From contig CP154954.1 in assembly GCA_039621445.1 (NCBI GenBank), positions 24,626,954-24,690,953 of the forward strand: a DNA stretch of 64,000 bases, given 5' to 3'. This stretch comes from Euglena gracilis. Lineage: Eukaryota. Made by a program: the position numbers and the translations under genes. Within the stretch, counting starts at the first letter, position 1, and each line of letters opens with the position of its first letter. The notes under the pieces were generated by a model, which ran no database searches, was not told the DNA's origin, and saw nothing but the letters and a program-made list of their open reading frames with translations. This document shows positions 12,441 to 26,291 of this stretch, one piece after another.

Positions 12441-14460
12441 ACCCACCATCCACCCCCCTCTCCCCACCAAACTCAAACCACCCTCAAAATACTAAAGGTG
12501 TTGTAATATCCCCTGCACGTATTGTATTTTCCCCCCTGCTTGGAGGTGTTCCTCCTCACACCCAAATTTAACGCTCATATTGACCACCCACCTTTGCATC
12601 ATTTAACGTAAAACCCCCTGGTGGGAGTCCTGGCTGGACCCCCCCCCCTGGCGGGTCCGTGCAAGGTGCAGGCTTTGGGTAAACCCCCCAAAAATGAGAC
12701 CCCCCCCAAAAATAAGCCCCTCCCCAAAAAAAGTAAGACACCGCCCGTGTTGATCGAGTTAAAATTCCGAAAAAGCCCCCCCCCCCCCCAAACCCCCATG
12801 ACAGTGCAAAGAAGACGGAGAATTGTTTCTCTAAAAAAAAAGCCAAAACCCCAATTCAACAAACCCCAAAAATCAGACCCAGGTCTTATTTTTTGGGTCC
12901 ATTTGCTGGAAACCTCCAGGGGGTGATGTTATTTTGGGAGGGTCTATTTTGGGTTTTTTCCCTCGACCGACCTGGGCCCGAAAAAGCATCATTTTTCGAA
13001 AAGAAACAGAATTTGGTGTTTTTATTTTGAAGGAAAATTTTGTTCCCTCAGCAATTCGCGCCACATGTAAATTTGCACACATTAACATTTTACCATGCTT
13101 TTGGGACTCAAAAATCCAAAATTTTCTGAAATTTCATCATTTTCCGGTCCGAAATTGTGGTTTTTGGTGATTTTTCAGGGAAAATTTTCACCGTCCTCAG
13201 CGCCGTCGGGGAGGTTTTGTTTTGGGGGACTTATTTTAGATTTTCGCTTGGTCGGCCCGGGTCTTATTTTTGGGGGGTCTTATTTGAGGGGGGGGGGGGG
13301 GGCTTATTTTGGGGGGGTACCCAAAATGAGATTTTTCAATGACATTTCACCAATTTTTTAATTTTTTAAAGTGCCAAAAATGTGGTAAATGTCAAATTAC
13401 ACCAATTATGAAAAAATGATGTTTTTTTCTAGGCCCAGGTCAGAAGAAAAAATCCAGGGAATAAGACCCCCCTGGAAGTTTCCAGCAACCCAAAAACAAG
13501 GCCCAGGCCTTATTTTGGGGGGGGGTCATGGGCCTCTGCCACGAAGCGCCTGACATGATCTGATTTTGGGGAGTTCTGCGCAGGAGGGGGGGTCCACCCG
13601 GGCTGGCTTGGTGGGATGGACCTTCCCTGGGGGTCTTTGAAAGAAGCCTGCACGCAGAAGTATTTTTCATCTTTTTCTATTTTTTGAATATTTCATTTTT
13701 TTTGCATTTTCCTCCTACGGGTTTTCAACATGAATATAAAACAATGGATTGCCTCAGAAAAATTCGCATTTTGACCAAATTTTTCCCCCGCGAGCAATCT
13801 CGGCATAAATTTTTTGTGATTGGCACCGTAAAATACATATTTTTTTTCATTTTTCAGACGTGGCCCGCGTACAAAAATGGTTGCCTAGCGGAGCCTCCTA
13901 AGGTAACCAGCGTCCACGGAGGCTCCGTGGAGGGTAAGGTAACCAGAAATTAGGATTTCACATTTGCTGGGACCCATGGGGTTGAATGCCCAAGAAGAAG
14001 GGCGGTCCCTGAATGGAAAAAAAAAGCCAGTCAGAATGCCCACATTCAACTGAGCATCCACAGGGGGAAAAAAGGGCGAAAATGAGATTCTTGTTTGAGA
14101 AAAATCTCTGGTGAAAACAGGTTGTCGTTTGATTTCCAGCATCCTTGGACCATCGTCAATCCACCAAAAACACCCAAAAATGTGGTTTTAATGTTTCACC
14201 CATCCGAGATCCAGACCGGCCGTTGGCAGCCATTTGGATAAAGGTGGTCCTTAAACAAAATCCCCCCCCACACCCCTCCCCATTGGCCCCACAACTAATG
14301 CTAAGAGGAAGAGGAATTTATTTTTTTTCACCCTACTCCACAAAAAACTTTTTCCCATTTTTGCCACATCCCTGAAGAAAAAAAAATTCAGTTTGGACTC
14401 CAACACTGCCCACATCCCCACAAAAGGCAAAACTCTTTCCCCTCTCACATGCCCCATACC

Positions 14461-14927
14461 CAGCGGGGGGGAAATATGCAACTTGCATAATTTGCTTTTT
14501 TTTGCATAATCAGGTTCTTCCGAAATTTGCATTTTTTGCATTTTTTTTGCATTTTTTTTGCATAAAATATTTTTCCCTGGAAAATTTTTTGTAATTGGTC
14601 GCCAAATGTTTGCATTTTTTTTGCATTTTTTTTGCAATTTTTTTGCATGAAATATTTGCCCTGTAAATTTTTTTGTAGTTGGTCGGGATATGTCATGGTT
14701 TGTCTCTGGTCCCTCTCCAGTCGCCTGTGCTTGCCATTGTCTTCCAGGAGGTCTTCTTTGTGAATCATTGACAGGTACACTGGCATTGCCACATGTTTAC
14801 GGATTTTAGGCAGCAAAGCTCTGATACATTCCAGCCTTTTTCTCAGGGATTTTATGCAAGTTGCATTTTTTGCATTTTTTTGATTTGCACAATTTGAAGG
14901 GCCAAGTTGCATTTCCCCCCCCCCCTG
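14461..14927. mobile_element. hAT-type MITE with 8-bp TSD CCCATACC
   Basis: CAG(C)GGGGGGGAAATATGCAACTTG ... CAAGTTGCATTTCCCCCCCCCCCTG; TSD at 14453-14460 and 14928-14935. Confidence 0.9.
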
Positions 14928-16923
14928 CCCATACCCCCCGTTTGCCACAAAAACGACATGTCCGCTTGATGTGGCACAGACCGTTCACCCATTCATCATT
15001 TATGCCATGTCCACAAAATTTGTTTGAAACCATTTATCCATTTGCCACAAAAACGAAATGTCCACCTGATTTTGCTTTTATCGTTTACCCGTTTGCTATT
15101 CACGCCATGTCCGCCAAATTTTGTGCACACAAGAGGATGTTGTGTGGAGCAGGGGAGGGGGGCGGGGGGAAGGGGATAAAGGGGAGGGGGGTGGGGTGGG
15201 GTCCGGGGGGAGCCCCTCGCCCCCCCCCGGGCACAGCCAAATGGACGCCATTTTGGATTTCACGTCACCTTTTTTTTTGCGACAGGACATCCATGCTGAC
15301 AACATGACATCTGTGCAGTTTGCCTACCACCTCCCCCCCCCCCCACGTGACTGTTGGTTCACCCTGGTGGAAGATGCAGTATAATCTTGGATCAAAGTTG
15401 AGACAAATCTCAACAGGATCACAATTTTGGGTACAATTCTGGCGTGGCCTCTAGATAATTCTGGTGCAATTCTGTCTGAATAAATTCTTTTTCGGTTTCG
15501 TTTTCAGCTCTATGTTGCCTCCCAAAGTCCGTGATTTTTTTTGTATCCTCTGTGCAAATGGGCAGAAATGGTTCTCACTGGTTTGGAAGCGGATGATCTG
15601 CCACTGAGTGCATCGCCGTGTGTGACATTGAATACTGTTTCTCTTTATAACACAAAAAAAAATTCCCGTACATTTCTAAGTTCACAACATGCTCTGGAAA
15701 ATCTGGTTACCTTAACCTCCGCAGAGCCTCCGCGGAGGCTGGTTATCTTAGAGCCTCTGCGGAGTCTGGTTACCTTGAGCCTCCGCGATGGCTCTGCGGA
15801 GGCATCCTAAAAGTTAGGATTCCACTGTTGCGGTAGGTGGTAATTTTGGTGGATTGGCGATGGTCCAAGGGTGCTGGAAATCAACTTTTTCCAACGACAA
15901 CCTGTTTTCACCGAGAATTTTCTCATGTTCGCCTTTTTTTTCCCTTGCGGATGCTGAGTTGAATGTGGGCATTCTGAGTGGTTTTTTTTTATTTAAGGAC
16001 TGCCCTTCTCATCAGTCATTCATCCCCCCCAAAAGGTTTATTTTGAGCTTATTTTGGCTTTCGTAGCCTGTGGAATACCAAATTTCTTAAAATGCTAAAA
16101 GTGTGTGGATGGGGTTGGCTCAGACCCACCCACCCACCCACCCAACCCTGCCCCCCCCCAGGGTCAGCAAAACGTAAAAAAACCGCAATTTTTTCTGATG
16201 TCAATGCAAACGGAGAAATGGACCGCACTCCAATGAAAAGAGACTCTGATGGGTTGATTTTGGAAAGAATTGGTGGAAATTCAACGGACAATTAATACGC
16301 ACACCCCCCAGGCCAAGGTTGACTGTAAGGTTCAGGGGAGGGGGGGGGGCAAGTGGGTACCCCGCTGGAGGCAGGGCTTTGCTCTATTTTTGTGCCAAGG
16401 CCCGTAAATGTTTGGATCCCAAAATTGCCCCCCCCCCCCCAAAGGGGGCCCCCCGAGCCCACCCCCCCCCCGGTCCCCCCCCCCTGGGGTGGGGGGAGGG
16501 TCCGGACCGCCCCCCCCCCAGTCCCAAAAGCAACCTCAGATCGACGCCCGACAGGGAAACTGGACGGAATGTTCCCCAAAGACCCAGTCTGCCAGTTCCT
16601 TGTCACGGCCGCCGGGCTCCCGGTGAGTGTGCTCATCCTTCCCTCTGAGGTGTCGACATCGCCCCCGGGGCTGAGCCCCCCTGGGCGTCGGGTGCCTGGC
16701 CTTGCCCACACCCGGCCCAGGGGTGGCTGGGCCCAGATGTCCCCGGCCGCCTTCCGGGGCGGCTCATCTCTCCCAGTCTTGATGGTCCTTTTTGTGACTT
16801 TTGTTTGTCCCGCCATTTTTTGAATGTGCTCTGTAACCCCCCCCCGGCGCTTAATCCCCCCTTTCATGCAAATTTGTACCCCTAAAGTTGGCCTTGGCTC
16901 CTAACTTGCGTGCCCTACCCTCC

Positions 16924-19764
16924 CTCAGGCGGCGCATCTCGCACTTCAGTTTTTTTTCGTCGATTTTCGCTCATCGACCATTTTTTGATTTGGGTGCTGG
17001 CGTTACAAGGGGAGAGAGTGAGAGGCAGCAGGATAGGACAAAATACGGGCGATTTCTCATTTTTGGCACCGGCTCTCCTGAGAATTACGCTTTTTTGCTG
17101 TTTTTTTTTTTTTTTGGTGGTCGGAATGACACGAAAACCCCCGGACCTGTCTCCCCAAAATGAAAAACACCGACAAAAGCACCAAAATGCCGGTACCGCC
17201 TTCCCCCTTTTGGTTCGATGCGACTCTCCTCACTGGTTCAGCCATGTTTTGAACAAATAAAGCAGGTCGATGTGCGCAGTTGCGCACATCGTCCATTCGA
17301 TGATTCCCTGAAGAACGTCCATAAATGCTCCAAGATTCATACTTTTGAAAACGGTGGGTCAAATACCGTGAGTTTGGGGGCGAAGATGAGATCGGTTTGT
17401 TGGACACCCTGGCTGGCTCCCTCCAGGGGTTTTGACGCACTTTTCTTGTTTTTGCCGGTCTCAGACTTTTGTTCGTTTGCCAGAGCGCGGAGAACAAGCA
17501 TGGGGGGCTAGAGTGGCTCCAATCACGCCGCCGGTCCGTGCAGGGTGAAGAGAAAGTGGTTTAAAGGGGAGGGATGGGTCGCGAGTCCCCACCGAACTTG
17601 CAGTGGGATGCGTCCGGCCAAATTGTATCGTGATGAAATGGGAGAATTGATGACACAAATTTCACTGGAATGATTTTTTTGTTGCGCAAATGCGCACATT
17701 CGACAACGTGTGCGCATTTGCGCACACCAAACTGACGTCCCTTTCCATGAAGCGGGAACGGGCCTCGCTGATTTGAGCTTTTTGAAACAAACAATAACTG
17801 AAAGAGCTTACCATGCAGCTTTGCTCTGAAAACAGACAGAAATACACTAGAAGCATCAATTACCAGGTCGGAATTAAAGAAAAAGTGGTCGGTTTGCGCA
17901 AATGCGCACGTGGTCCGCATTTGCACACTTTCAAACACCGACCACGTGTGTAAAGGTTGACGTTGTCGGAGTGCGAAATGGGCACACCATGACGACGTGC
18001 GCATTTGCGCACACCAACCACGATAGCAAAATTCAGACAGAACACATCAAACACGACCCCAAACACCACCTGTAATGGCTCCTTCGGTGTGCAACTTACT
18101 CAGCTGCCAAACGCTCTCCTCAACGATGAGGCTGTTTTCAAGGCCAATTCTGGTCCAGTGACAGGTCCAGGTCCATGTGGAGACCGTACACCTCTGGTAG
18201 GTGGTCCACCGCTCGCACGTCGCGACACACGTGCAATGACTCTGCTTGGGGTGGCCCTCGAAAACCCCCGCCACTTGCCCCCTGGCTTGCGTTTTGCTGC
18301 ACCAGTCACATCAGCTGATGATAGCTGGTTGCACTTAAGCATCCACCAGGCCGTCATGAACCCCCAGTTCAGCAGCAGCCACCGAGGTGGCATCATTATC
18401 CCCCACAGCCGAGACAGCAGACTGGATGGGCGGGCAAGCTGCTAGTCCATGGAAACAATGGAAAATGGGGCGTCTTAAATGTGGCCATAAAACTCATTCT
18501 TTTGGAGGTAGAGAGTATTTGATGTTTACACCTGGTTGGGTTGCGTGAAAGTATTGGGACTCAGCACCCCTGTTTTCTGAGGGGAAAATGAGGCATTATT
18601 ATTGTGGCAAAACAGAAAAAGTGTTCCTGGCCGAGGCGTCAGGAAGATTACATATGCGTAATTTTTGAAATTCTGGAAGTCGTTATTTTTTTGAAGAAAG
18701 GTGTCCAGCAATCATGGGGGGTTACACATCATCGATTCCTCCCCGCAATTTCCAAACTGATGGCACGAAAACGATTGGTCGTACGAGTTGGGGATCAGAT
18801 ATGCAAAATTTGCCCTTGGAGAGGACAATATTTCTCCTGTCATGTAGTGTGTTCCACTGCACGTTACGCATAACATAAAAAAACCAAGTTTTCTTCACCA
18901 CACAATATCTTCAACACAATAGTTTGTGCACACAGTGGTCAGTGTGCGCAAATGCACACGTCAATTGTTAAGGATGAAGAGCACTCTATAACACGGGGGC
19001 AAAACAAAGGTACATTTACAAGCCACCGTTCTATGTCACAAATTGCAAACGGTCCCCATTCAAAATCCTTGCCCAAGATTTATTTCTAGGTCCAAGAAAA
19101 GGCAGGAGTTGTGTTCCATGTGGTAATATAAAAATGTGGAGTATATTTCTCAAGTTTCACATGGTTAGTGTGCGCAAATGCGCACACCAACCATTCAAGC
19201 AATTGTGCTCACAAACCAGGTATGTATTTCGAGTCAGTGGTTGGTGTGCGCATTTGCGCACATCGCCCATCTACAAAATACGCAAATGGTCGATGTGCGC
19301 AAATGCACACACCAACTCCTTACACAAAATGCAAATGTGGTCGATGTGCACAAATGCGCACATCGACCCTCTTTTCATAAATTTGTGTCAGGTGTGTTCC
19401 ATCGCTACACACACATCCCGATCCTGTCGATAGCAGCAGAGTTCTGGAGAGTTTTTTATGCAACAATCGTCGCCTAATTCACCTGCACATCACATCATCT
19501 CCGAATGGTGGAAAGTTGGTCCCTTTCATCATCACCCGGCAGTTACAGGCAGCACGGATGCACCAAACCCATAGTCGTTACAGCCAGGGTGTACAACCCA
19601 CCTATTTCACAGACGACAACACCAATCTGTCGCTCCAGATGTTTCACACTGCCGCTTCATCAGGCGCAGTCGGCGGTTCAAGGAAATTGTAAAAAATGTT
19701 GATGTGCGTAATTGCGCACATCGACACAGAAAAAACAGCTTAAGTGCGAGATACGCCGCCTAAG
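16924..19764. mobile_element. 2.8-kb non-autonomous or decayed relative of the 11-kb transposon
   Basis: CTCAGGCGGCGCATCTCGCACTTCAG (16924-16949) versus CTTAAGTGCGAGATACGCCGCCTAAG (19739-19764): 23/26 inverted match, and clearly related to the large element's TIR. Flanks are CCTCC/CCCCC (4/5 match). It holds about 11 copies of GTGCGCAnnTGCGCAC. No intact ORF. Confidence 0.85.
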
Positions 19765-21199
19765 CCCCCCCTCCCCTGCCTGTCCATAACACCCACCCCT
19801 GGGGTGGTTTGGGCATTTCCTTAAATAGAAGCTCTGAGGGAACCCTTGCCCGACCAAACCACCCTCCCCCCTCAGCGTTTGGAGGTCCACTGGGTAATCC
19901 CCGTTTGTAATTGCTCCCTAACCCCACCCCCAAAAATATGACCCGGGTCTTATTTTTTGGGTCCGTTTGCTGGAAATCTCCAGGGGGAGTCATATTTTGG
20001 GGGGTCTAATTTTTGGCTTTATTCCCATTCAATCTGGCCTGAAAAAGACATCATTTTCCAGGTTCCCAAAAACACTGAAAATTTGAGCCGCATTCCAGAA
20101 AGGAAGATGACATTATTTCTTATTCATGCGTCTCAGATCAAACCTTTCCAAATGATGTTGCCGTACCGCGACCTCGAGTGTTCAAAACCCAACAAAATCC
20201 CAACAACAACACCAAAATGCCAAAGTGTCTGGAGGTGTTTGGCAACATGGGTGCCAAACACCCACAAAATGATATTTTTCTTCACTTCTTGTCCCTTGGC
20301 CTCCTTGTATGCAAGCCTGGCCCTTTCTTAGCTCTGTTTCTTTGGCATTTCCCCCATATCTGATTGCAGGCGCATTTCCCAGAGGTTGCCCCCCCCCCCG
20401 GCTTAAGCCTTGGCTGGGAAGGACGTCGTGCAAGTTGGGGGGCAGTTGTTGGAGTTAGGTTTGGGGGGGGGGGGGGCAGGAACCGGCATGGTACAGCGAT
20501 TTGTGCTTATCCTGAAATGGTAACTCAGATAACCCTGAGACCCCCAACTACAGTTTGGATCAGCCCGACCCTCAAATACGGATTGATGAGGATAATGGAA
20601 TGATGGATTGGTAAGGAAATAAGCATGACGAACGAGGATTCGACAGGGACGGGAGTGGGTGTCAAGCAGCCCAGTGTCAGCGTACATCAGCGTGTATTGG
20701 ATGTAGGCCATTCTTTTTTATTCTGGTGTTTTGGATGGTTGACCAGCGTTGCAACTAAGGAAACCACAGATAACAACTTTTTACACGGAAAATTGCAACT
20801 TTCGGATGACCACGGATAACGGCGGTTTATACGGATGATTGCCGATTTCGGATGACCACAGATAACGACAGTTTATATGGAAAACTGCCATTTTGTATGA
20901 ACAAAAAAACCATAAAAAATTCCCAGCACGGTGTGTGGAGGACGATCTGCTCCCACAGGGGTATGCCAACATGGCTCCACCCCTGGAGGCGTGTCCAGCA
21001 CTTGGGCCCCTGTCCGCGACGCATACCCGTCTCGGCGCCTTTGTCCCGTCGTCCGTCGCGTCCCACCGCCCATCCCGTCCCATTGGGGAGCCCCACTTCC
21101 TCCGGCGTCTGCTCCTCTCCGTGCGTTGCCATCCCATGGGTTTGGTCTCTTCTTGCCTGCTGTGCCCCCCCCCACTCAGAAGCCCCCCCTCCCCGGAGG

Positions 21200-21264
21200 G
21201 ATTTAGATGGTCCGATTTGGTCCGATTTAGATGGTCCGATTTGGTCCGATTTAGATGGTCCGAT
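21200..21264 (+). repeat. 24-bp tandem repeat GATTTAGATGGTCCGATTTGGTCC (~2.7 units)
   Basis: Directly visible. Confidence 0.9.
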
Positions 21265-23944
21265 CAAAACTGAACATTTTTCCCCACCTGTCAACCCCCG
21301 GTGAGAGATACTCAAAATTTTGTTTGAGGGTGTGCGGAAACAGAACGCAACTTTTTTTGCAAGTTTTTTTAGGACCGTTTGTAGGCGGATCTCCGCACAT
21401 ATGAATTGATGAAACGTTGGAAAGCTTCATGCACAGCTGCCGGCGTGTTGTATTTTTATTTTGTCTGGTGGATGGTTCTGTGTCAGGGATGGGGATGGGG
21501 ATGCACACACACGGCATTTGAATGATGTGAGTGAGCCGCATACCTTTCAGGCGGAGACCTGCGCAGAAGGGATTGACAATGAGAAGAGTTTGTGTTTGTG
21601 GATGACACGTGGCAGCGGGAAGTGGGAACGCGCTGAAACCTCCAGAGGTCGGTCATCGTGTGAAGTTGTTAATGAACAAATTTGGGAGAGAGGGAGGGTG
21701 ATTTTGAGACGTTAGTGAATGGTAAGAGTGGGCGGTTATCCGCCCACTCTGCTTTTATTTTGCACGGGTTTCCGCCCAGATGTGGTTTGGGCGGAAACCT
21801 GCGTGGAGCTTGTTGGTGTCCCGATGGGTTGTGTCTGTGATGTTTTGGTGTCCCGAAGTGTCCCGGTGTCGGTGGTGGTGCGCGGCGACATAATTTTTAA
21901 AAGTTGGGCTAGACAGGTTGAAAGGGAGCTGTGGTTGCTGCACCTTGGCAGCAAGCACCCAAGCAGGCGGAAACCCGCCTGGCTTTTGAGCAGGAGGTGG
22001 ACACCCTCCTCTCCAGTGAGGAGGCGGCAATGTTCCCCCTGGCCGGTGGTGGGGTCGTCTGCAGGGACAGCAGTGGAACACATGTGTCAGTTGCCCGGCC
22101 GGCTGTGCTGCAGTAGAGGTGATGTTTTTCACTGTCCTAAAAAACAGCAAAAAACCTGAGGTTGATTTCTCAAAAGGGAAGACGCACCTCCCAGGGCCCT
22201 CTATTTGGACCCAACGTTGTTGGTGGTCCAAAATCAGGGTTTGGGGATGGCTGACGAAGAAGTGATTCAAGATATGGACGGAGAAACGCCTGTTTCAGCG
22301 GCTGGTGGCGGCAATCGAAAAATTTTGGGGGGATTTCGGAAGGGGTTCTCCAAGTTCTGAAAAATTCAAGGCCTTTTTAATTGTTTTTTGAAAGAGTTTT
22401 CCAGCATTTTTCCTTTGAAAAGCTGCAGTTTTTGCTGAAATTCAGACAAAATTCCCAAACCACCTCTTTTTTTCTGGCTCTCCTTCCTTTAGGTCCGGCA
22501 ACGTGCCTCCAAAGGAGGCAACAGTGGTCTCCACAGTCAGAAATCGCGTGGAGGGGGGTAAACCAGAAGGTTGTCTGTTCTCAACCAACGCTGGGTCGAT
22601 GTTTGACCCGATGCAGTTGGCATCCATGTAACCCCCCTGAGCACAAGTGTTTCCGACCAGGGGTGGTCCTTTCAAAACCACCCCTGCTCTGAGTGCCCGA
22701 GTTTAAAGGTCGCAGGTCTCCTCTCGTTTGGTCAACCCCCTCTTGAGCAATCTCCTCTCCCTGGTTTCCATAAACCAAAACCCCTCAAACCCTACACAAC
22801 ACGCCAGACACCATTCAGTTGCAAACTTTCCAAGCTTGGCAACTAAATCTGTCGGGGGGAGGGATAAAAAGAAGGCCAGGGGGGGGGGGGCGCCTTAAAA
22901 AGAAGCCCTCCCCACCATTCCTCTTTTGCCCAAAATGGTCACCACCTCGAAGTCACTGCCCGCGTTGAACGGGGTTGCCATCTTGCATAATTCAAAGTTG
23001 GGGTCCAGTATACTCACTGCACTGTGAGTCGCCTGCCAATCTGACCTGAGGCTGGGTTTGGCCTGGGCTGGGTCAGTGAAGGTGGGAAAACCCGCTCCCA
23101 GAGGAATGGCCTCGATGATCCACCGCGCACCGAAGCATAGCTGGCTGGGGCACTGCTGCGTGGGGCGGGGCTGTGCCAGTGTGCGCACACCATTACCACA
23201 ACCCATGGGCTGGCAGAGGCTTTGCTGCTGACGGTTGGGTACCCACAAGGTTCTCAGGTGTACCAACATTCAATTCCTACTGTATACCCTGACCCCCCCC
23301 CGGGGTATAGGTCAATTTCAGCCTGACCATAACAAGTTGCAGGGTTCATTTCCCACGGAACAGATATTGGCCCAGGTAAACAATTTTGTGCACCTCTGAC
23401 ATCGCACCCCACCACATCTCATTGCCCCACCACACAACACATCACGCCCCAAGTTTTGTCGCTTCCCATTGCAAATTTGCGAGCCTCTTTTTTCGCGTCC
23501 TCATGGCCATCATTTCATCATTTTTCTCATGTGGTAACGTTGTCTGAGAACTGAACCCATGTCCCCAAGCGGTTTTTTGGCGGTATTTTTTAAAAAATCT
23601 TTTTTTAAAAGTTTAAAAGTTTAAACACCCAGGGTTATACAGCAGTTTTGAAGGATTAAAGGTTTCTCAAGCCCCTGTTTATGAGGTTGTGTGCACCCCC
23701 TTTTGCTTCACACTCATCGCCTGTCAATGGACCCATGCGGCGGAGGCGGGGGAGGGGGACGCCCCCCCAACCAACCCCCCCCCCTTGCCCCAGAGGCCTC
23801 CGACTGATGGGCTGCACTACCTCCGGGGCCACTGCCGTCTCGCACGCGGCGGGGCTCCTGGCGACGCCGGCCACCCCGCTCCGGCGGCCCCACCCCTCCC
23901 CACCTGACACGGCCCCCGCCCGCACCCCCGCCGTGTGGCCTGAT

Positions 23945-24620
23945 ATGTATGTATGTATGTATGTACGTATGTATGTATGTATGTATGTATGTATGTATGT
24001 ATGTATGTATGTATGTATGTATGTATGTATGTATGTATGTATGTATGCATGCATGCATGTATGTACGTGTGTATGTATGTATGTATTTATGTGTGTGTAT
24101 GTATGTATGTATGTATGTATGTATGTGTGTGTATGGATGGATGTATGTCTGTCTGTATGTATGTGTGCATGTATGTGTGTATGTATGTATGTATGTATGT
24201 ATGTATGTATGTATGTATGTATGTATGTATGTATGTATGTATGTATGTATGTATGTATGTATGTATGTATGTATGTATGTATGTATGTATGTATGTATGT
24301 ATGTATGCATGCATGCATGTATGTACGTGTGTATGTATGTATGTATTTATGTGTGTGTATGTATGTATGTATGTATGTATGTATGTATGTATGTGTGTGT
24401 ATGGATGGATGTATGTCTGTCTGTATGTATGTGTGCATGTATGTGTGTATGTATGTATGTATGTATGTATGTATGTATGTATGTATGTATGTATGTATGT
24501 ATGTATGTATGTATGTATGTATGTATGTATGTATGTATGTATGTATGTATGTATGTATGTATGTATGTATGTATGTATGCATGTATGGATGTATGGATGT
24601 ATGTATGGATGTATGGATGT
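23945..24620 (+). repeat. (ATGT)n microsatellite with a ~260-bp higher-order duplication
   Basis: The variant block GCATGCATGCATGTATGTACGTGT...GTCTGTCTG occurs at ~24047 and ~24307. Confidence 0.97.
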
Positions 24621-25146
24621 TCATATCAGAACATACATTCTGGTTTTCTCACTTTTTCCACCATTCAATTCAACTCAAGACGATCGAAAAAACTTTTGAA
24701 TCTTTCGAAGCATTTCGCTTCACCAGTCCTCCACAGTGGGCCGATGTTTGGTCGCACAGTACCTGGGGGTGTCAGCCTCTGCTGCAGGGGTGTGCATGTA
24801 TCGCACTGCCCCCACCGCTCCACTCCAACACCCCCTCTGAGTCGGCGTTCGATAGCCTGGGTGAGCAAACCGAGGACGAGGACTCCCCCAGGCAGACCCC
24901 TCCCGCCCTCCCCTCCGTGCCGTGGGCTCTTCTGGTTTTGCATGTGGGCGAGGTGATGAGAGATTTTCACCGCATTTCTATCACGGGTGTCTCTTGCTTG
25001 GCTCTAGTGTGGTTGACGTTCAACACCTGCACCCCCTCCAGGACGTGCGGAGTACGGTGGGCCGACATATGGCCGGACCACAGTCACACTGGTCAGGGGT
25101 GACCAACATGACACCGGAATGTGGCTTACCCCCCGCCCCCTGCAGC

Positions 25147-25360
25147 CCTGCGGCCACGACGATGGGGGGCTCTGCAGCCGACAGCCTCCGCACGCTGTCC
25201 GACGTGGAGGTGGGCAGCAGCGCCTCCACAGTCCAGCGCAGCCCCCGGCGTCGGCCGCGCCGCAACGTCCCGCTGAAGTTCCGCGTCCGGGCCAGCCCGG
25301 TCTCCCCCCGGCCAGCGCGGGACCCGCCGCCCACCCCCCGGCCCGCCGCCATGGACCACT
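25147..25360 (+). CDS. Candidate host exon, Ser/Pro/Arg-rich, product unknown
   Basis: Non-repetitive GC-rich open frame (…MGGSAADSLRTLSDVEVGSSASTVQRSPRRRPRRNVPLKFRVRASP…) with mostly G/C third positions, after a CTGCAG acceptor-like site. No recognisable domain. Confidence 0.25.
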
Positions 25361-26265
25361 GCGCTCCATCCCGCCCATCATCCGCCCAATATGGCATTTG
25401 GGTCAGCCATGCCACTGTTTCGGTGGGGGGGGGGGGTACCCCAGCCTCCTTTTGACCAGGGGGGGTCCGACCCACTCCCCCCACCTGCCTTTTTGTTGAG
25501 CCCTGTTGCGGGGCTGTGCATGGGCCAGTTTTCCAAGAAAGAATAAATGGGAGAGTTGGTTTGGGAAAATTTACCCCCTGGGTCATCAGTGAATCTATGA
25601 TTGAAGCCCAGATGCAAGAACTCACACACATCTATTTGTTTTGTCAGTCGTTTAAGTCACCCAAGTTGTCTTATATTCATTCAAATTTCTTTCGCCTCTT
25701 GGGAAGTTGGGTGGAAAAATTTAAATCCCAAATTTCGCTGCCCAATCCAAGGTGGTTTGTCTGTTCAAAAAGGAAATCATTTTGAGGAATTTGATTTGTA
25801 CCGGGAAACAGCGCTCCTGGTTAGTTTATCAGTTGACAGCGGTCAAAAGAAAATTTTCATTCCTTGAGATGTGTCACTGGCTGCAGCCCAAGGGGGGGGG
25901 GGTCTGTTTTGGGGGAGGGGTAGGCATCTGAGAAAGCTTCAGGGCAGCTTCCTCCGCATTGGCGGGAACCTTCCTGCAGCCTTGTTTTTTTTGGTTTCGT
26001 TTCCCGCACAGCAGATTTTAGCTTTTAGCTTACCTTTCAGCACACTAGATTTTAGTCGGGTGCCGACCCCATCTGGGGGGGGGGGGCTGCCTGGGCAGGT
26101 ACTCCAAGGCACTCCATATCCGACCCCCCCCCAGGGGGGGTTGGGCACTTGGTCAAAAGTGCCTAACAAGCACTCGGGCGCTGAAGGCGCCGGAAGGCTC
26201 AAAACAGGCCCATTTTCAAGGAAAATGGCCTATTTTCTGAGGAAAGTTCTTGGGCACAGGCCGAA

Positions 26266-26291
26266 CTTAGGCGGCCTAATTCGCACTTAAG
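26266..26291 (+). repeat. Left 26-bp terminal inverted repeat of the 11-kb element
   Basis: Reverse complement of 37329-37354 with one mismatch; preceded by the TSD CCGAA. Confidence 0.95.

Noticed and set aside
23940-24629. CTGATATG…CATATCAG inverted ends around the (ATGT)n tract as TIRs
   Set aside because: Only 8 bp, partly made of the microsatellite itself, and no TSD.
23656-25102. Long ORFs (322-473 aa) rich in YVCM/HTYI
   Set aside because: These are translations of the (ATGT)n microsatellite.
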